64,000 nucleotides of DNA, taken from assembly GCA_038203795.1 (NCBI GenBank), contig JBBRDP010000001.1, positions 1,024 to 65,023 of the forward strand. The letters run 5' to 3'. Under the pieces are notes generated by a model that saw only the letters and a list, made by a program, of their open reading frames with translations, did no database searches and had not been told where the DNA came from. The stretch's first letter is position 1. Every line of letters begins with the position of its first letter. Shown here one piece after another: positions 1-9,875 of the stretch. Position numbers and translations under genes: made by a program. This stretch comes from Gemmatimonadales bacterium (GTDB lineage Bacteria > Gemmatimonadota > Gemmatimonadetes > Gemmatimonadales > Gemmatimonadaceae).

Positions 1-43
1 TGATGCGTCGGTTGCAGGCGCAACGTCGCGGGCGCCGAGGCGC

Positions 44-1318
44 TCAAATGCCTCGGTCGCCCTCAGCGTACTCCGGTCGTGACAGCCCGGTCACCACGTT
101 CCCCGCGAGCAGACCTGCGGCCAACGAAATGCCGATGATCGCCACGCGAAATGCCGTCTCAACGCCAACGACGGTTTCATTGTCGAGCAACGACGTGACG
201 GAGCGGAATCCGATGCTCCCCGGCACAAGGATGAGCAAGCCGGGCACCTGCGTGACCATGGCCGATGCGCGTCGCAATCGCTCCAGCAGGTTGCTCCCGG
301 CACTGACCACGAGCGCGCCGAGAAACGCACCGAGCTCCTCACCCATAGCGCGTCCGGTAAACCGCGAGGTCACGAAGGCGGCGACACCGGCGAGCACGAT
401 CCACCCCACATCTTTGCGATCAGCACGCAGCAGCACCGCAAAACAAAGTGGTGCGAGCACGACCGCGATCACTTCTGTCCACCAGGCAACGCGCGGCGAG
501 TCCACAATCCAGGCCGGGTCGCCGTTGAGCACGAGTGCGGCCAGCAGCGCGCCCGCTTTCGCGCCGAGCACCAGGCCAAAGCCGAGTCCGAGGAACGTGA
601 CAAGCGCGCCAGCGAGCCGTGCCGTACCCGACGCGAGATGACGCGTACTCAGTTCGGTCAGGCCAATGGTGAAGGCCAGACCGGGGAGCAAGACGATCAG
701 TCCGGCCAGGGAGGTCTGATAGGCGTTGCCGCTCGTGGTCATGCCGGCGATAAAAAACGCCAACGTCGATACGACACCTGCTGTCATCGGCTCGAGTACG
801 GGCGCGAGGCTCACATTGCGACTTGCCGCCAGGGCGCACAGGCCGGCCACCAGCCCGAGCAGGCCGGCGATGCACGCCTCGAACACCGTGACCCCGAAGA
901 AGCACGAGACCGCGATTGACGCGATCACAAAGGCACATAGCGTTTGCCAGCGACTCCAACGCGGCGGCTCGGTCAGGAGCGCCACGATCCGCGTGGATCC
1001 CTCGGACGCAGTGATGCGTGCGTCGAGCACTTCCGACATGATGCCGTCGAGGCGCGACAAATGCCCGAGGTTCGGCTCGCCCGGTTCGACGCGCAGGAGG
1101 TGCGTGCGCTGCGCATCCTGCGTACCGAACGCGGCGAAGATGGACGTGGGTGTGGTGAAGAACTGCGCCTCGACGCCCAGACGCGCCGCGACTTTTCCCA
1201 GCACCGCTTCCAGCCGATGTGCCGGATAGCCGTGCGCGTGCAGCGCGCGCGCCAGATGCAGGATGAAATGCGACGAGAGATACTGCGCGGTATCGACGAC
1301 AGGTGGCGTAAAGCTCAT
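44..1318 (-). CDS. ThrE-family (threonine/serine exporter-like) integral membrane protein
   Basis: ORF 44..1843(-). It has a soluble N-terminal part followed by about 10 hydrophobic helices (GLLGLVAGLCALAA, LIVLLPGLAFTIGLTEL, LILVPGSIGF), matching the DUF1212+DUF3815-like layout. I moved the start to ATG 1318 (MSFTPPVVD) because the upstream 175 codons are R/H-rich and run through the divergent csoR-like gene. Confidence 0.65.
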   Translation of the reverse strand: MSFTPPVVDTAQYLSSHFILHLARALHAHGYPAHRLEAVLGKVAARLGVEAQFFTTPTSIFAAFGTQDAQRTHLLRVEPGEPNLGHLSRLDGIMSEVLDARITASEGSTRIVALLTEPPRWSRWQTLCAFVIASIAVSCFFGVTVFEACIAGLLGLVAGLCALAASRNVSLAPVLEPMTAGVVSTLAFFIAGMTTSGNAYQTSLAGLIVLLPGLAFTIGLTELSTRHLASGTARLAGALVTFLGLGFGLVLGAKAGALLAALVLNGDPAWIVDSPRVAWWTEVIAVVLAPLCFAVLLRADRKDVGWIVLAGVAAFVTSRFTGRAMGEELGAFLGALVVSAGSNLLERLRRASAMVTQVPGLLILVPGSIGFRSVTSLLDNETVVGVETAFRVAIIGISLAAGLLAGNVVTGLSRPEYAEGDRGI

Positions 1319-1453
1319 GATGGCATGCAGTCTAGCGTAGCATCGGAGCCTTGGCATGGCGCTTGGTGCGTCGCGTCTGGAAGTTCGATAGGGGGTTGGG
1401 GTATACTCATGAACGACGGTTTTCCGGGTTGCATCTCTTGAGCGCCGAGGGCG

Positions 1454-1816
1454 ATGATGCGGGAAGGGGACGAAACGGTGGCGGTTCACTGCGGCTGCGC
1501 AGTCGTGGGCGAAGCCGCTGATGGTGCACGGCACGCGACGGCGGTGGATCCGGAGGTCAAGCGCCGAAACCTTGCGCGACTGCGCCGGATTGAGGGGCAG
1601 GTGCGCGGGCTGCAGAAAATGGTTGACGAAGAGCGATGGTGCGTCGACGTGCTCACGCAGGTGGCCTCGGTGCAGGAGGCGCTGCGCGGTGTGTCGCGAG
1701 AGCTCATGCGCAATCATCTCAAGCATTGCGCCGCCGCCGCCGCCCGTGGCGAGAGCGGCAACGCGGATGCGGTGTACGACGAGCTGGTGGAGCTCATGTT
1801 CAAGTACACGCGCTGA
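1454..1816 (+). CDS. CsoR/RcnR/FrmR-family metal-sensing transcriptional repressor
   Basis: Family core LARLRRIEGQVRGLQKMV..CVDVLTQVASVQEAL..NHLKHC, with a C..H-x3-C ligand pattern. The true start may be the GTG near 1544 (VDPEVKRRNL), which would give a typical ~90 aa protein. Confidence 0.8.
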   Translation: MMREGDETVAVHCGCAVVGEAADGARHATAVDPEVKRRNLARLRRIEGQVRGLQKMVDEERWCVDVLTQVASVQEALRGVSRELMRNHLKHCAAAAARGESGNADAVYDELVELMFKYTR

Positions 1817-1908
1817 CGCTGGGGGAACCTGTGTTCGCTGCAAGGCGGTGATGTCGCGCGCAGCAATTCGGTGAGGACTTCAGTGAATCGGTACCGCATA
1901 GTGTGCCC

Positions 1909-3534
1909 ATGCTCGCCTCCGCTACGTCCGCCGCTGTGCTTGGTATTGAAGCCGTCGATATCACCGTCGAGGTGCATGTCGCCAACGGTCTGCCGCAATG
2001 GACGCTCGTGGGGCTCGCCGCCACGGCGGTGAAGGAGAGCCGCGACCGCGTCAGTGCGGCCATCGTGAACTCCGGCTTCGTCGTGCCGCCGCGCCGCATC
2101 ACCGTGAGTTTGTCGCCGGGTGATTTACCCAAAGCCGGCACGGCGTTCGATCTGCCGATTGCGCTCGGTGTGCTCGCCGCAAGTGGTCAGCTCGACCCGG
2201 AGCGATTGCGCGGATTGCGGGCAGTGGGCGAACTCGGCCTTGATGGGTGTCTGCGTCCCGTGCGCGGCGTGCTCGCCGTGGCGCGACGCGCCGTATCGTG
2301 CGGAGATGTGCTGGTGATCCCGCCGCAAAACGCCGCCGAAGCGGCGTGTGTGCGAGGTGTGCGCGCGCTCACGCCGGCCACCCTGCACGAGCTGGTGCAG
2401 CAACTGCGGGATGCGGGAGAGGGGTTGCACGCGCAATCGAGTGCGGAACTGTCGGAACTCGTGGCCACGGCCGCGCGCGCCACGTACGAACGCCACGGCG
2501 CGGCACCTTACGAGGGCACGCGCGCGGACGAACCGGATATGGCGGATGTGGTCGGGCAGGAGTTGGCAATGCGCGCACTCGAAATTGCCGCAGCCGGCGG
2601 ACACAACTTGCTGCTCGTCGGTCCACCGGGCGCTGGAAAAACCATGCTCGCTCGGCGTCTGCCCGGCATCCTCCCGCCGTTGCACGACGATGAAGCCCTC
2701 GAGGTGCTCGCGGTGCAATCCGTCGCGGGCCTGCTCGGCGCGGGCCCCGCGCGTCCACAGCGTCCGTTCCGCGCCCCACACCATTCCGTTTCTGCGGCCG
2801 GACTCGTGGGCGGTGGCAGTGTGCCGCGCCCCGGTGAAGTGAGTCTCGCGCACCTCGGCGTGCTTTTCCTCGACGAACTGTCGCTTTTTCCGCGCCATGT
2901 GCTCGAGACGCTGCGACAACCGCTCGAAGACGGCCATGTGACCCTCGCGCGCGCCGCGATGTCACTCCGGTTTCCCGCGCGCTTCATGCTGGTCGCGGCC
3001 ACCAATCCGTGCCCGTGCGGATACGCCGGCGATCCGGAGCGGGAGTGTACCTGCGCTGGCACCGATCTCGAGCGGCACCGGGCGCGACTCTCCGGACCGT
3101 TAGCCGACCGCATTGATCTGCATGTGCACGTACGTCGCGTTCCGCCCGCCTCGCTCGACGCGCTCGCGCCGGGTACGCCTTCGTCGGTGCTGGCCGCGCG
3201 CATCGTGTTGGCACGCCAGCAGCAACGTCTTCGCTATGCGCGAACCAACCAGGAATCGCTCGCGGCACCGGCCAGCACCAACGCCTGCGTTACCTCGCGA
3301 TTGCTGCTCGTTACAGCGCTGCTCGATCGCAACGCGCGCGCGCTGCTCGTCACGGCGGCGGAGCGGCTGCGGCTGAGCGCGCGTGGATACCATCGCGTAC
3401 TCAGGGTAGCGCGCACCATTGCCGATCTCGATGGTTCGGAATCGGTGGCGGGCGATCATCTCGCCGAGGCGCTGCGGTATCGGCCCGCGTCACGTGAGGG
3501 GGCGAATGGCACTGGCGACTCTTCGCCGTCATGA
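1909..3534 (+). CDS. comM: YifB/ComM-family Mg-chelatase-like AAA+ ATPase
   Basis: N-terminal Lon-protease-like S5 domain (MLASATSAAVLGIEAVDITVEV), Walker A LLLVGPPGAGKTML, GVLFLDEL Walker B, and a C-terminal ChlI/ComM tail (GYHRVLRVARTIADLDG). Confidence 0.9.
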   Translation: MLASATSAAVLGIEAVDITVEVHVANGLPQWTLVGLAATAVKESRDRVSAAIVNSGFVVPPRRITVSLSPGDLPKAGTAFDLPIALGVLAASGQLDPERLRGLRAVGELGLDGCLRPVRGVLAVARRAVSCGDVLVIPPQNAAEAACVRGVRALTPATLHELVQQLRDAGEGLHAQSSAELSELVATAARATYERHGAAPYEGTRADEPDMADVVGQELAMRALEIAAAGGHNLLLVGPPGAGKTMLARRLPGILPPLHDDEALEVLAVQSVAGLLGAGPARPQRPFRAPHHSVSAAGLVGGGSVPRPGEVSLAHLGVLFLDELSLFPRHVLETLRQPLEDGHVTLARAAMSLRFPARFMLVAATNPCPCGYAGDPERECTCAGTDLERHRARLSGPLADRIDLHVHVRRVPPASLDALAPGTPSSVLAARIVLARQQQRLRYARTNQESLAAPASTNACVTSRLLLVTALLDRNARALLVTAAERLRLSARGYHRVLRVARTIADLDGSESVAGDHLAEALRYRPASREGANGTGDSSPS

Positions 3535-3542
3535 CCGCCCGG

Positions 3543-4373
3543 TCAGATCGCCTGGTGCAACCGGGAGAGCGTGAATCCGCGGCGCGGCTCCGTCGTCAAC
3601 ACGGCCTCAGGCTCCGCCGTCTCGGCTGGCGCCGTCTTGGCTGTGGCCTGCTCCGGCGCGTCCGGCCGCGCCCACTTCGTGATTGCGGGGGGCAGCGGCG
3701 CGTGCCCGGGCGCTGGCGGGGACGCGTCAGAGGCCGCGACATGTCGGGTCCACGGTCGCACCGGCTCCTCTGAGCGCGCGTGACGTCGTGACACCAGGGG
3801 AGCATCCACTGGCAAGCCGGCCATGCGCGCTTTGGCGGCCGCGATGTCCGCCTCCACCTGCGCCTCACGCACCAGTTCGCGCGTCTCCAATTGAATCACC
3901 GTCTGTTCGAGCCGAGCAATGATCGCCGAGAGTGCATCGAGCACGACGCGGAGCGACAGTCCCTCGGGGGCGGTGGCCACATCGTAGTCGGCCCATATGC
4001 GCGCGCCGCCATGATCGGCCACGATGCAGCACCGCAGCCGGGCGTCCGATCCCACCACCAGCAATCGATTCGCACTCGGCGGGCCCACCAATCGATCGTG
4101 TCGTACCACGAAATGCACGGCGTTGCCGCCGGGTCCGTTCGAGCTCGATCGCAACACCGGCACGTCGTGCGTGGTCGCCGACTGCAGGAGTCGCGACGCA
4201 TGCCGCACAATTGTGCTCACGTAGAGCGCGGCCTTACGGTCCGTCACCTGTCCAAATCGGCGCACCGTGCGCGTGCGCTGTCCGAGTCCGATCGCCATGG
4301 CGACAAGGGCTCGGGCGTCGGCAATCGGATCAGGCGCGGGATCGACCGAAGCGGATGCGGGGTGGGCGGCCAT
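3543..4373 (-). CDS. hypothetical protein (coiled-coil segment, Pro/Ala-rich C-terminus)
   Basis: The long ORF on (-) reads like a real protein (LDALSAIIARLEQTVIQLETRELVREAQVEADIAAAKARMA). The overlapping (+) ORF 3891..4691 is R/H/G-rich, which is typical of GC antisense artefacts. Start set at ATG 4373. I recognise no family. Confidence 0.45.
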   Translation of the reverse strand: MAAHPASASVDPAPDPIADARALVAMAIGLGQRTRTVRRFGQVTDRKAALYVSTIVRHASRLLQSATTHDVPVLRSSSNGPGGNAVHFVVRHDRLVGPPSANRLLVVGSDARLRCCIVADHGGARIWADYDVATAPEGLSLRVVLDALSAIIARLEQTVIQLETRELVREAQVEADIAAAKARMAGLPVDAPLVSRRHARSEEPVRPWTRHVAASDASPPAPGHAPLPPAITKWARPDAPEQATAKTAPAETAEPEAVLTTEPRRGFTLSRLHQAI

Positions 4374-4608
4374 AAGGCGAGTTGGGGGCGGGCAGGTGGG
4401 GACTCCGTTCCCCAACCGTCCAGTCACAGTGTCGGACGGTCGGCACATCGCTTGAGTGATTTCACGCACGCAGGCCAGCAGGGTGACGATCATGCCCGTG
4501 GCGTGCCAGCCCATCACACTTCCACGCTCGCGCGGGCGCTGGCTACCTTTCAGGAATGCCTACACACTGCATCTTTTTCTGTGCACCGCCGGTGCGGCGT
4601 CACAACCG

Positions 4609-5313
4609 ATGAGCTGCCTCAGTCGACTGGTGAGCACCGCCGTCTTTTCGGTCGCGGCGGTCGGTGCCTGGTGGTGGTACAGCGGTGGTAACGTTCCGCT
4701 GCCACAGAGTATTACCGCGCGCATTCCGTTCGCACCGCGCAGTATCGACAGCATGAGCACGGCACCGGCGCGCGGGCTCGCCAACGCGCGCTGGCAGCCC
4801 ATCGAAGACGCAGCGTCCGCATCCGCGCAGGCCCGCTTGGTGCGTCTGGGACAGCGTGGAGGGCCGCCTACCGTCACACTGGAAGCGGGTGAACTCGCGT
4901 CGTTCCTCGTGCAGCCGTTTGCCCTGCAGCTGCCGGCCTCAGCGAATGGGGCGGTCGTCGCCGTCGTTGACGATATGGTGTATGTGAAGTCCGAGATCCC
5001 GCTGGAAGACTTCGGGGGCGCCGCGATTCTGGGCCCGCTGGCCGGGGCACTCGATCGCAGGGACACCATTATCATTGGCGGGAACTTCGATCTGATCGCG
5101 CCCGGGCGAGCGCAGTTTCGCATCCGTGAGGTGGTCGTGGGTGCGTTCAGCGTGCCGCGCCCGTTGGTGCCGCGTCTTATCAGCGCGACGCGCCGTGGAC
5201 TCGTGGGCGATGAAATCACCCAGGACGGGTATCCGGTGGAGATGCCGCCGTACGTCGGCGATGTGCGCATCTCGCGCGGGCAGATCACGGTGTATCGTGT
5301 TGAACCTCGGTAG
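4609..5313 (+). CDS. hypothetical N-terminally membrane-anchored protein
   Basis: ATG 4609 (MSCLSRLVSTAVFSVAAVGAWWWY) gives a single N-terminal TM helix followed by a soluble domain. The gene ends 10 nt before the NtrC-type regulator gene. Confidence 0.5.
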   Translation: MSCLSRLVSTAVFSVAAVGAWWWYSGGNVPLPQSITARIPFAPRSIDSMSTAPARGLANARWQPIEDAASASAQARLVRLGQRGGPPTVTLEAGELASFLVQPFALQLPASANGAVVAVVDDMVYVKSEIPLEDFGGAAILGPLAGALDRRDTIIIGGNFDLIAPGRAQFRIREVVVGAFSVPRPLVPRLISATRRGLVGDEITQDGYPVEMPPYVGDVRISRGQITVYRVEPR

Positions 5314-5322
5314 TCGCTGCTC

Positions 5323-6699
5323 ATGACGACACGTCGCATCCTCGTGGTTGATGACGAACCGGGCATTCGCCAGGCGCTCGGGCAATTGCTCGAATATGAG
5401 GGCTACGAAGTCCGCGCGGCCGGCAGTGGGTTGGACGGCATTGCCGAGTACGAGCGGTTTCAGCCGCATCTGGTGTTTCTCGATGTCAAGATGGCCGGCA
5501 TTGACGGGCTTGAAGTGTTGACGCGATTGCGCGCGGCCGACCCCAACGCCGTCGTCGTGATGATCAGCGGACACGCGACGATCCAGACGGCGGTGGAAGC
5601 CACGCAGCGTGGCGCGTACGACATTCTCGAGAAGCCACTCGACACCGATCGTGTGCTGTTGCTGCTGCGCAACGCGCTCGTGCAGGCCGATCTGTCCGAG
5701 GAGAACAACCGACTCCGGCAAACGATTGAGTCGCGATACGAAATCGTGGGCAAGTCGTACGTGATTCGCGCGCTGTTGGAGCGCATCGACAAGGTCGCGG
5801 CCACGCCATCACGGGTCCTTATTACCGGCGAGAACGGGACGGGCAAGGAGCTGGTCGCCCGGGCGATGCATCGCGGTTCACCCTTGGCGCGCAAACCGTT
5901 CGTCGAGGTGAACTGCGCGGCGATTCCGTCGGAGTTGATCGAGAGCGAACTGTTCGGTCACATGAAGGGATCGTTCACCGGCGCGGTCGCCGATCGTGCG
6001 GGCAAGTTCGAGCAGGCCGATGGTGGAACACTTTTTCTTGACGAAATCGGTGACATGGCGCTGTCCGCGCAAGCCAAGGTGCTGCGCGTGCTGCAGGATG
6101 GCGTCGTGACGCGCATCGGTGGCAACAAGCCGGTGCAGGTGAACGTGCGCGTGATCGCGGCCACGAACAAGGATCTTGAGCGCGAGATCGCGGATGGTCG
6201 ATTCCGCGAAGACCTGTACTACCGGTTGAACGTGGTGCCGATTGTGGTGCCGCCGTTGCGGGAGCGACGCGAAGATATTGAACCGCTGGTCGTGTACTTT
6301 TTGCAACAGTTTGCGCAACGCGATGGGCTGCCACGACGCGGCATCAGCAACGACGCGTTGGCTCGACTCTCGGAGCTGGAGTGGGCGGGCAACGTCCGTG
6401 AGCTTCGCAATACGGTGGAACGTCTCGTGATTCTGGCCGCTGGACCGCACATTGCCGTGAGCGATGTGGACCGACTCACCGGCAAACGTGTGGTGGAGCC
6501 GAGCGGGCTTGGCTCGCTCACGGAGTGCCGAACGTTTGAGGAGTTCAAGGATGCGGCGGAGCGCGCATTCCTGCTCGCGAAGTTGCGGGCCTTTGACTGG
6601 AACGTGTCGGAAACAGCGCGCGCGCTGGCGATGCCACGCTCCAACTTGTACAAGAAAATCGAGCGCTACACGCTCGCGCGCGAAGCGACGCCGGCGTGA
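5323..6699 (+). CDS. sigma-54-dependent Fis-family response regulator (NtrC type)
   Basis: REC domain ([22 protein letters not shown]), AAA+ sigma54-interaction domain ([27 protein letters not shown]-like loop, ESELFGH), and a C-terminal Fis HTH ([20 protein letters not shown]). Confidence 0.9.
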   Translation: MTTRRILVVDDEPGIRQALGQLLEYEGYEVRAAGSGLDGIAEYERFQPHLVFLDVKMAGIDGLEVLTRLRAADPNAVVVMISGHATIQTAVEATQRGAYDILEKPLDTDRVLLLLRNALVQADLSEENNRLRQTIESRYEIVGKSYVIRALLERIDKVAATPSRVLITGENGTGKELVARAMHRGSPLARKPFVEVNCAAIPSELIESELFGHMKGSFTGAVADRAGKFEQADGGTLFLDEIGDMALSAQAKVLRVLQDGVVTRIGGNKPVQVNVRVIAATNKDLEREIADGRFREDLYYRLNVVPIVVPPLRERREDIEPLVVYFLQQFAQRDGLPRRGISNDALARLSELEWAGNVRELRNTVERLVILAAGPHIAVSDVDRLTGKRVVEPSGLGSLTECRTFEEFKDAAERAFLLAKLRAFDWNVSETARALAMPRSNLYKKIERYTLAREATPA

Positions 6700-6751
6700 C
6701 GATGTCTCGTTCAACACGCCGCTGTGTATCCGCGCCTCTACTCCGCCAGCC

Positions 6752-7306
6752 ATGACGCAGCGCGACTGGGAAAAGGAACTCGCCAAGATCGACAAGCAGC
6801 TCGCGTCGATACCCGACGAAGCGTTGTTGCCACCCGCGCCGCCCACGGGCACGGGCATGCCGCGCGGTGTAGCGGCCGTGGCACCGCGGTCGGCGGGCAC
6901 GGTGGTGCCGTCTGCACCGGGCGCGTCGCGCAAGGCCACGATCTGGGCGTACACGAAACTCACCGTGGCCGTGGCGGCGGGCGTCGGCGTCTGGTTCTGG
7001 CCGTGGCCGGCGCGCTGCGGCATGCCGCTCGTGGGCCTGGTCGCCGCAGGCGGTGGTGTGGGCCTGCTCGGCATCTGGAGTGCCTTCGGTACGTGGCGTC
7101 ATCGCTTGGGCCGCGCGCACATATTGTCGATGCTCGTGCTCGCATCCGGCATCGCACTCGTGGCGCGGGAAGTGCTGCCGCGGGTGGGCTACGCCGAGGC
7201 AACGTTCGACCGGCCGGCACGCTGGACGTGTCAGGCCGAGCCGCCCGCGCCGGCCGTCATCCCATCGCCCGGTGCCGCAGATCTGCGGTCCGGCGCCGGC
7301 GCCTGA
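6752..7306 (+). CDS. hypothetical membrane protein
   Basis: ATG 6752 (MTQRDWEKELAKIDKQL), then 3-4 hydrophobic helices (VAVAAGVGVWFWPW, LVGLVAAGGGVGLLGIWSAF, ILSMLVLASGIALVA). No family recognised. Confidence 0.45.
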   Translation: MTQRDWEKELAKIDKQLASIPDEALLPPAPPTGTGMPRGVAAVAPRSAGTVVPSAPGASRKATIWAYTKLTVAVAAGVGVWFWPWPARCGMPLVGLVAAGGGVGLLGIWSAFGTWRHRLGRAHILSMLVLASGIALVAREVLPRVGYAEATFDRPARWTCQAEPPAPAVIPSPGAADLRSGAGA

Positions 7307-7343
7307 GTGCGCTCTCCCATCAATCATACAACACGGCGAGTAG

Positions 7344-8828
7344 ATGTCTGACTTCAAGAATTTCATAGGCGGCTCGTGGGTCGCGCCATCCACCGATGCG
7401 TACTTCGAGAATCGCAATCCGGCCGACGCACGTGACCTGATTGGCCGCTTTCCGGCATCGGGCGTGGCGGATGTCGAACGCGCCGTGGAGAGTGCGCGGC
7501 GCGGTTATGCGGAGTGGAAGCGCACGCCGGCGCCGGCCCGCGGTGATGTGCTGCGTCGGGTCGGCGACCTGATGGCGTCGCGCAAGGAAGCGTTGGCCGA
7601 TCTCATGACGCGCGAGATGGGCAAGCCACTCGCGGAAACGCGCGGTGATGTGCAGGAAGGCATCGACACGGCGTACTACGCGGCGACCGAAGGACGACGT
7701 CTGTTCGGCCACACGGTACCCAGCGAACTGCGCAATAAATGGGCGATGAGTTTCCGCCGACCGATTGGTGTGGCCGGTTTGATCACGCCGTTCAACTTCC
7801 CGATGGCGATCCCCACGTGGAAGATGTTTCCGGCGTTGTTGTGCGGAAATTCCGTGGTGTTCAAGCCCGCCGAAGACGTGCCGCAGGCGGCGCACGCGCT
7901 GGTGGAGATTCTGCTGGAAGCGGGGCTGCCGCCGGAAGTGATTCAACTCGTGCACGGCATGGGCGAGGTCGTGGGCAAGGCGATTGTTGAACATCCGGAC
8001 GTGCCGTTGATCTCGTTTACGGGCAGCACCGAAACGGGTCGGGCCGTGGGTGAAACATGCGGGCGCATGCACAAGCGGTTGTCGCTGGAAATGGGCGGCA
8101 AGAACGCGCAGATCGTGCTTGACGACGCCGACCTCGAGCTGGCGGTTGACGGCGTACTGTGGGGCGCATTCGGCACCACGGGGCAACGTTGTACGGCGAC
8201 CAGTCGTCTGATTCTGCAGGATGGAATTCACGATCAATTGTTGACGCGTCTGGTGGAGCGGACACGGGCATTGCGTTTGGGTGACGGTCGTGTCACGGGC
8301 ACCGATGTGGGTCCGCTCGTGCACGAGGCGTCGCGTGAGAAGGTGGAGCGATATGTCGCGATTGGTCGCGAGGAAGGGGCGACGTTGTTGTGCGGCGGTG
8401 TCCGTCCGTCCGACGCGGCCTTCGCGCACGGGTATTTTTTCGAGCCAACGATTTTCAGCGGCGTCCGCGCGGGCTCGCGGCTCGAGCAGGAAGAAATTTT
8501 CGGACCGGTACTCTCGGTGATTCGCGTGAAAGACGCAGAGGAAGCGTTCGCGGTGAACAACGGGGTGCGGTATGGCTTGTCGTCGTCGGTGTACACGTCG
8601 AATGTGACCGTCGCATTTCGTGCATTGCAGGATCTCGACAACGGCATCACGTACGTGAACGCGCCAACGATTGGCGCGGAAGCACACCTGCCGTTTGGTG
8701 GTGTAAAGGACACCGGCAACGGGCATCGCGAAGGCGGCTGGGAAGTGTTCGAGTTTTATTCGGAAACGAAAGTGGGCTACGTCGACTACTCCGGTGCATT
8801 GCAGCGGGCGCAGATCGACAACTACTGA
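7344..8828 (+). CDS. NAD(P)-dependent aldehyde dehydrogenase family protein
   Basis: Family motifs FNFPMAIPTWK, FTGSTETGR, LEMGGKNA (catalytic Glu) and GQRCTATSRL (catalytic Cys). Full length, 494 aa. Confidence 0.9.
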   Translation: MSDFKNFIGGSWVAPSTDAYFENRNPADARDLIGRFPASGVADVERAVESARRGYAEWKRTPAPARGDVLRRVGDLMASRKEALADLMTREMGKPLAETRGDVQEGIDTAYYAATEGRRLFGHTVPSELRNKWAMSFRRPIGVAGLITPFNFPMAIPTWKMFPALLCGNSVVFKPAEDVPQAAHALVEILLEAGLPPEVIQLVHGMGEVVGKAIVEHPDVPLISFTGSTETGRAVGETCGRMHKRLSLEMGGKNAQIVLDDADLELAVDGVLWGAFGTTGQRCTATSRLILQDGIHDQLLTRLVERTRALRLGDGRVTGTDVGPLVHEASREKVERYVAIGREEGATLLCGGVRPSDAAFAHGYFFEPTIFSGVRAGSRLEQEEIFGPVLSVIRVKDAEEAFAVNNGVRYGLSSSVYTSNVTVAFRALQDLDNGITYVNAPTIGAEAHLPFGGVKDTGNGHREGGWEVFEFYSETKVGYVDYSGALQRAQIDNY

Positions 8829-8845
8829 CGTGTCGTTCGTCAAGT

Positions 8846-8866
8846 GGCGGAACGTCGGGTTCCGCC
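8846..8866 (+). terminator. candidate hairpin downstream of the aldehyde dehydrogenase gene
   Basis: GGCGGAAC-GTCGG-GTTCCGCC, an 8-bp GC stem 18 nt after the stop. The trailing U-tract is weak (GCTTGCG). Confidence 0.3.
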
Positions 8867-8935
8867 GCTTGCGTCACCCTTCAGGTTGCGCTTGATTCCG
8901 TGCAGTAGTTCCCTCCCGAGCGGTGGTCGTTGGTC

Positions 8936-9847
8936 ATGGATCGTTTCAGCACATCGCACAGCGCCAAGCAGACGTCAGACGTGTCAACGGATACGTCCGC
9001 CACTGGCGTGCATGCGGCGCACGCCGTCGAGGCCGACGTCGCCGAAGGGGCGCGGTTCGCACCGGCGCCCGGCGCACTGGCCGCCGATACCGAACTGCGG
9101 GCCGCCGCGCTGCGTGCGGCCAATCGCCGCACGTCGCGCCTGCACGTTGGCTGGCTGTTCGAATGGATGCGCGTGTTTCCCGCCGCCATCGCACTGTTTC
9201 TGTTATTGCGCGCGGTGCTCGTCGAGGCCTACAAAATTCCGTCAGGCAGCATGGAGAGTACGCTGCTCGTGGGCGACTTCCTGCTGGTGAACAAGCTCGT
9301 GTACGGGGCCACGATTCCGCTCACGAGCTTGCGGCTGCCGGCAGTCCGTGCGCCGCGGCGCGGCGATGTGGTGGTCTTTGAATGGCCCACCGATCAAACC
9401 AAAAACTTTGTCAAGCGCCTCGTCGCGCTTCCCGGCGACACCGTCTCCATGCAGCAGGGGGTCCTGCTGCTCAACGGCGTGGAACAAGACGAGCGGTATG
9501 TCGTGCACACCGATCCGGGCATGGATCCGGTCGCGGAAGACTTTCGATGGCAGCGCAGCTATCTGGTCCGAACCGCCAGTGCTGCGGCCACCGCTCCCGC
9601 CGCGTCGCGTGGATACCGCCCGTCGCGCAACAACTGGGGCCCGCTCGTAGTCCCCGACGGACACTTCTTTGTGTTGGGCGACAATCGCGACAACTCGCTC
9701 GACAGTCGCTACTGGGGCTTTGTGCCGGATTCGCTCATGCGAGGCACACCCCTGCTCGTGTACTACAGTTACGCTCCCGACTCCAGTACGTCGGCGCCTT
9801 GGCTCACCAATATTCGATGGAGGCGGCTTGGAGAGCGCATCCGCTGA
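8936..9847 (+). CDS. lepB: signal peptidase I
   Basis: IPSGSMESTLLVGDFLLVNK (catalytic Ser box), VVFEWP, KRLVALPGD, GDNRDNSLDSRYWGFVP (Lys/GDN box). ATG 8936 lies just inside the TTG-initiated ORF. Confidence 0.9.
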   Translation: MDRFSTSHSAKQTSDVSTDTSATGVHAAHAVEADVAEGARFAPAPGALAADTELRAAALRAANRRTSRLHVGWLFEWMRVFPAAIALFLLLRAVLVEAYKIPSGSMESTLLVGDFLLVNKLVYGATIPLTSLRLPAVRAPRRGDVVVFEWPTDQTKNFVKRLVALPGDTVSMQQGVLLLNGVEQDERYVVHTDPGMDPVAEDFRWQRSYLVRTASAAATAPAASRGYRPSRNNWGPLVVPDGHFFVLGDNRDNSLDSRYWGFVPDSLMRGTPLLVYYSYAPDSSTSAPWLTNIRWRRLGERIR

Positions 9848-9875
9848 GTTCCCGCACCACAACGGGGCCGACGCC

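Noticed and set aside
3-641. A 212-aa (+) ORF at the window start. Many other long ORFs antisense to recognised genes are of the same kind, for example 5878..7074(-), 7320..8843(-), 17581..19527(-), 34946..36745(+), 61542..63041(+) and 11033..12124(-).
   Set aside because: They lie opposite genes with unmistakable family motifs. Their translations are Arg/His/Pro/Gly-rich and low in complexity, and they share the low-GC second codon position with the real frame. This is the classic behaviour of GC-rich genomes, where stop codons are rare in all frames.
1384-1410. G-tract TAGGGGGTTGGGGTATAC upstream of the csoR-like gene, considered as a possible CsoR operator.
   Set aside because: CsoR operators known to me are GC-rich palindromes of the TACCC..GGGTA type. 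Only one GGGGTA-like half is present and there is no inverted partner nearby, so I do not call it a site.
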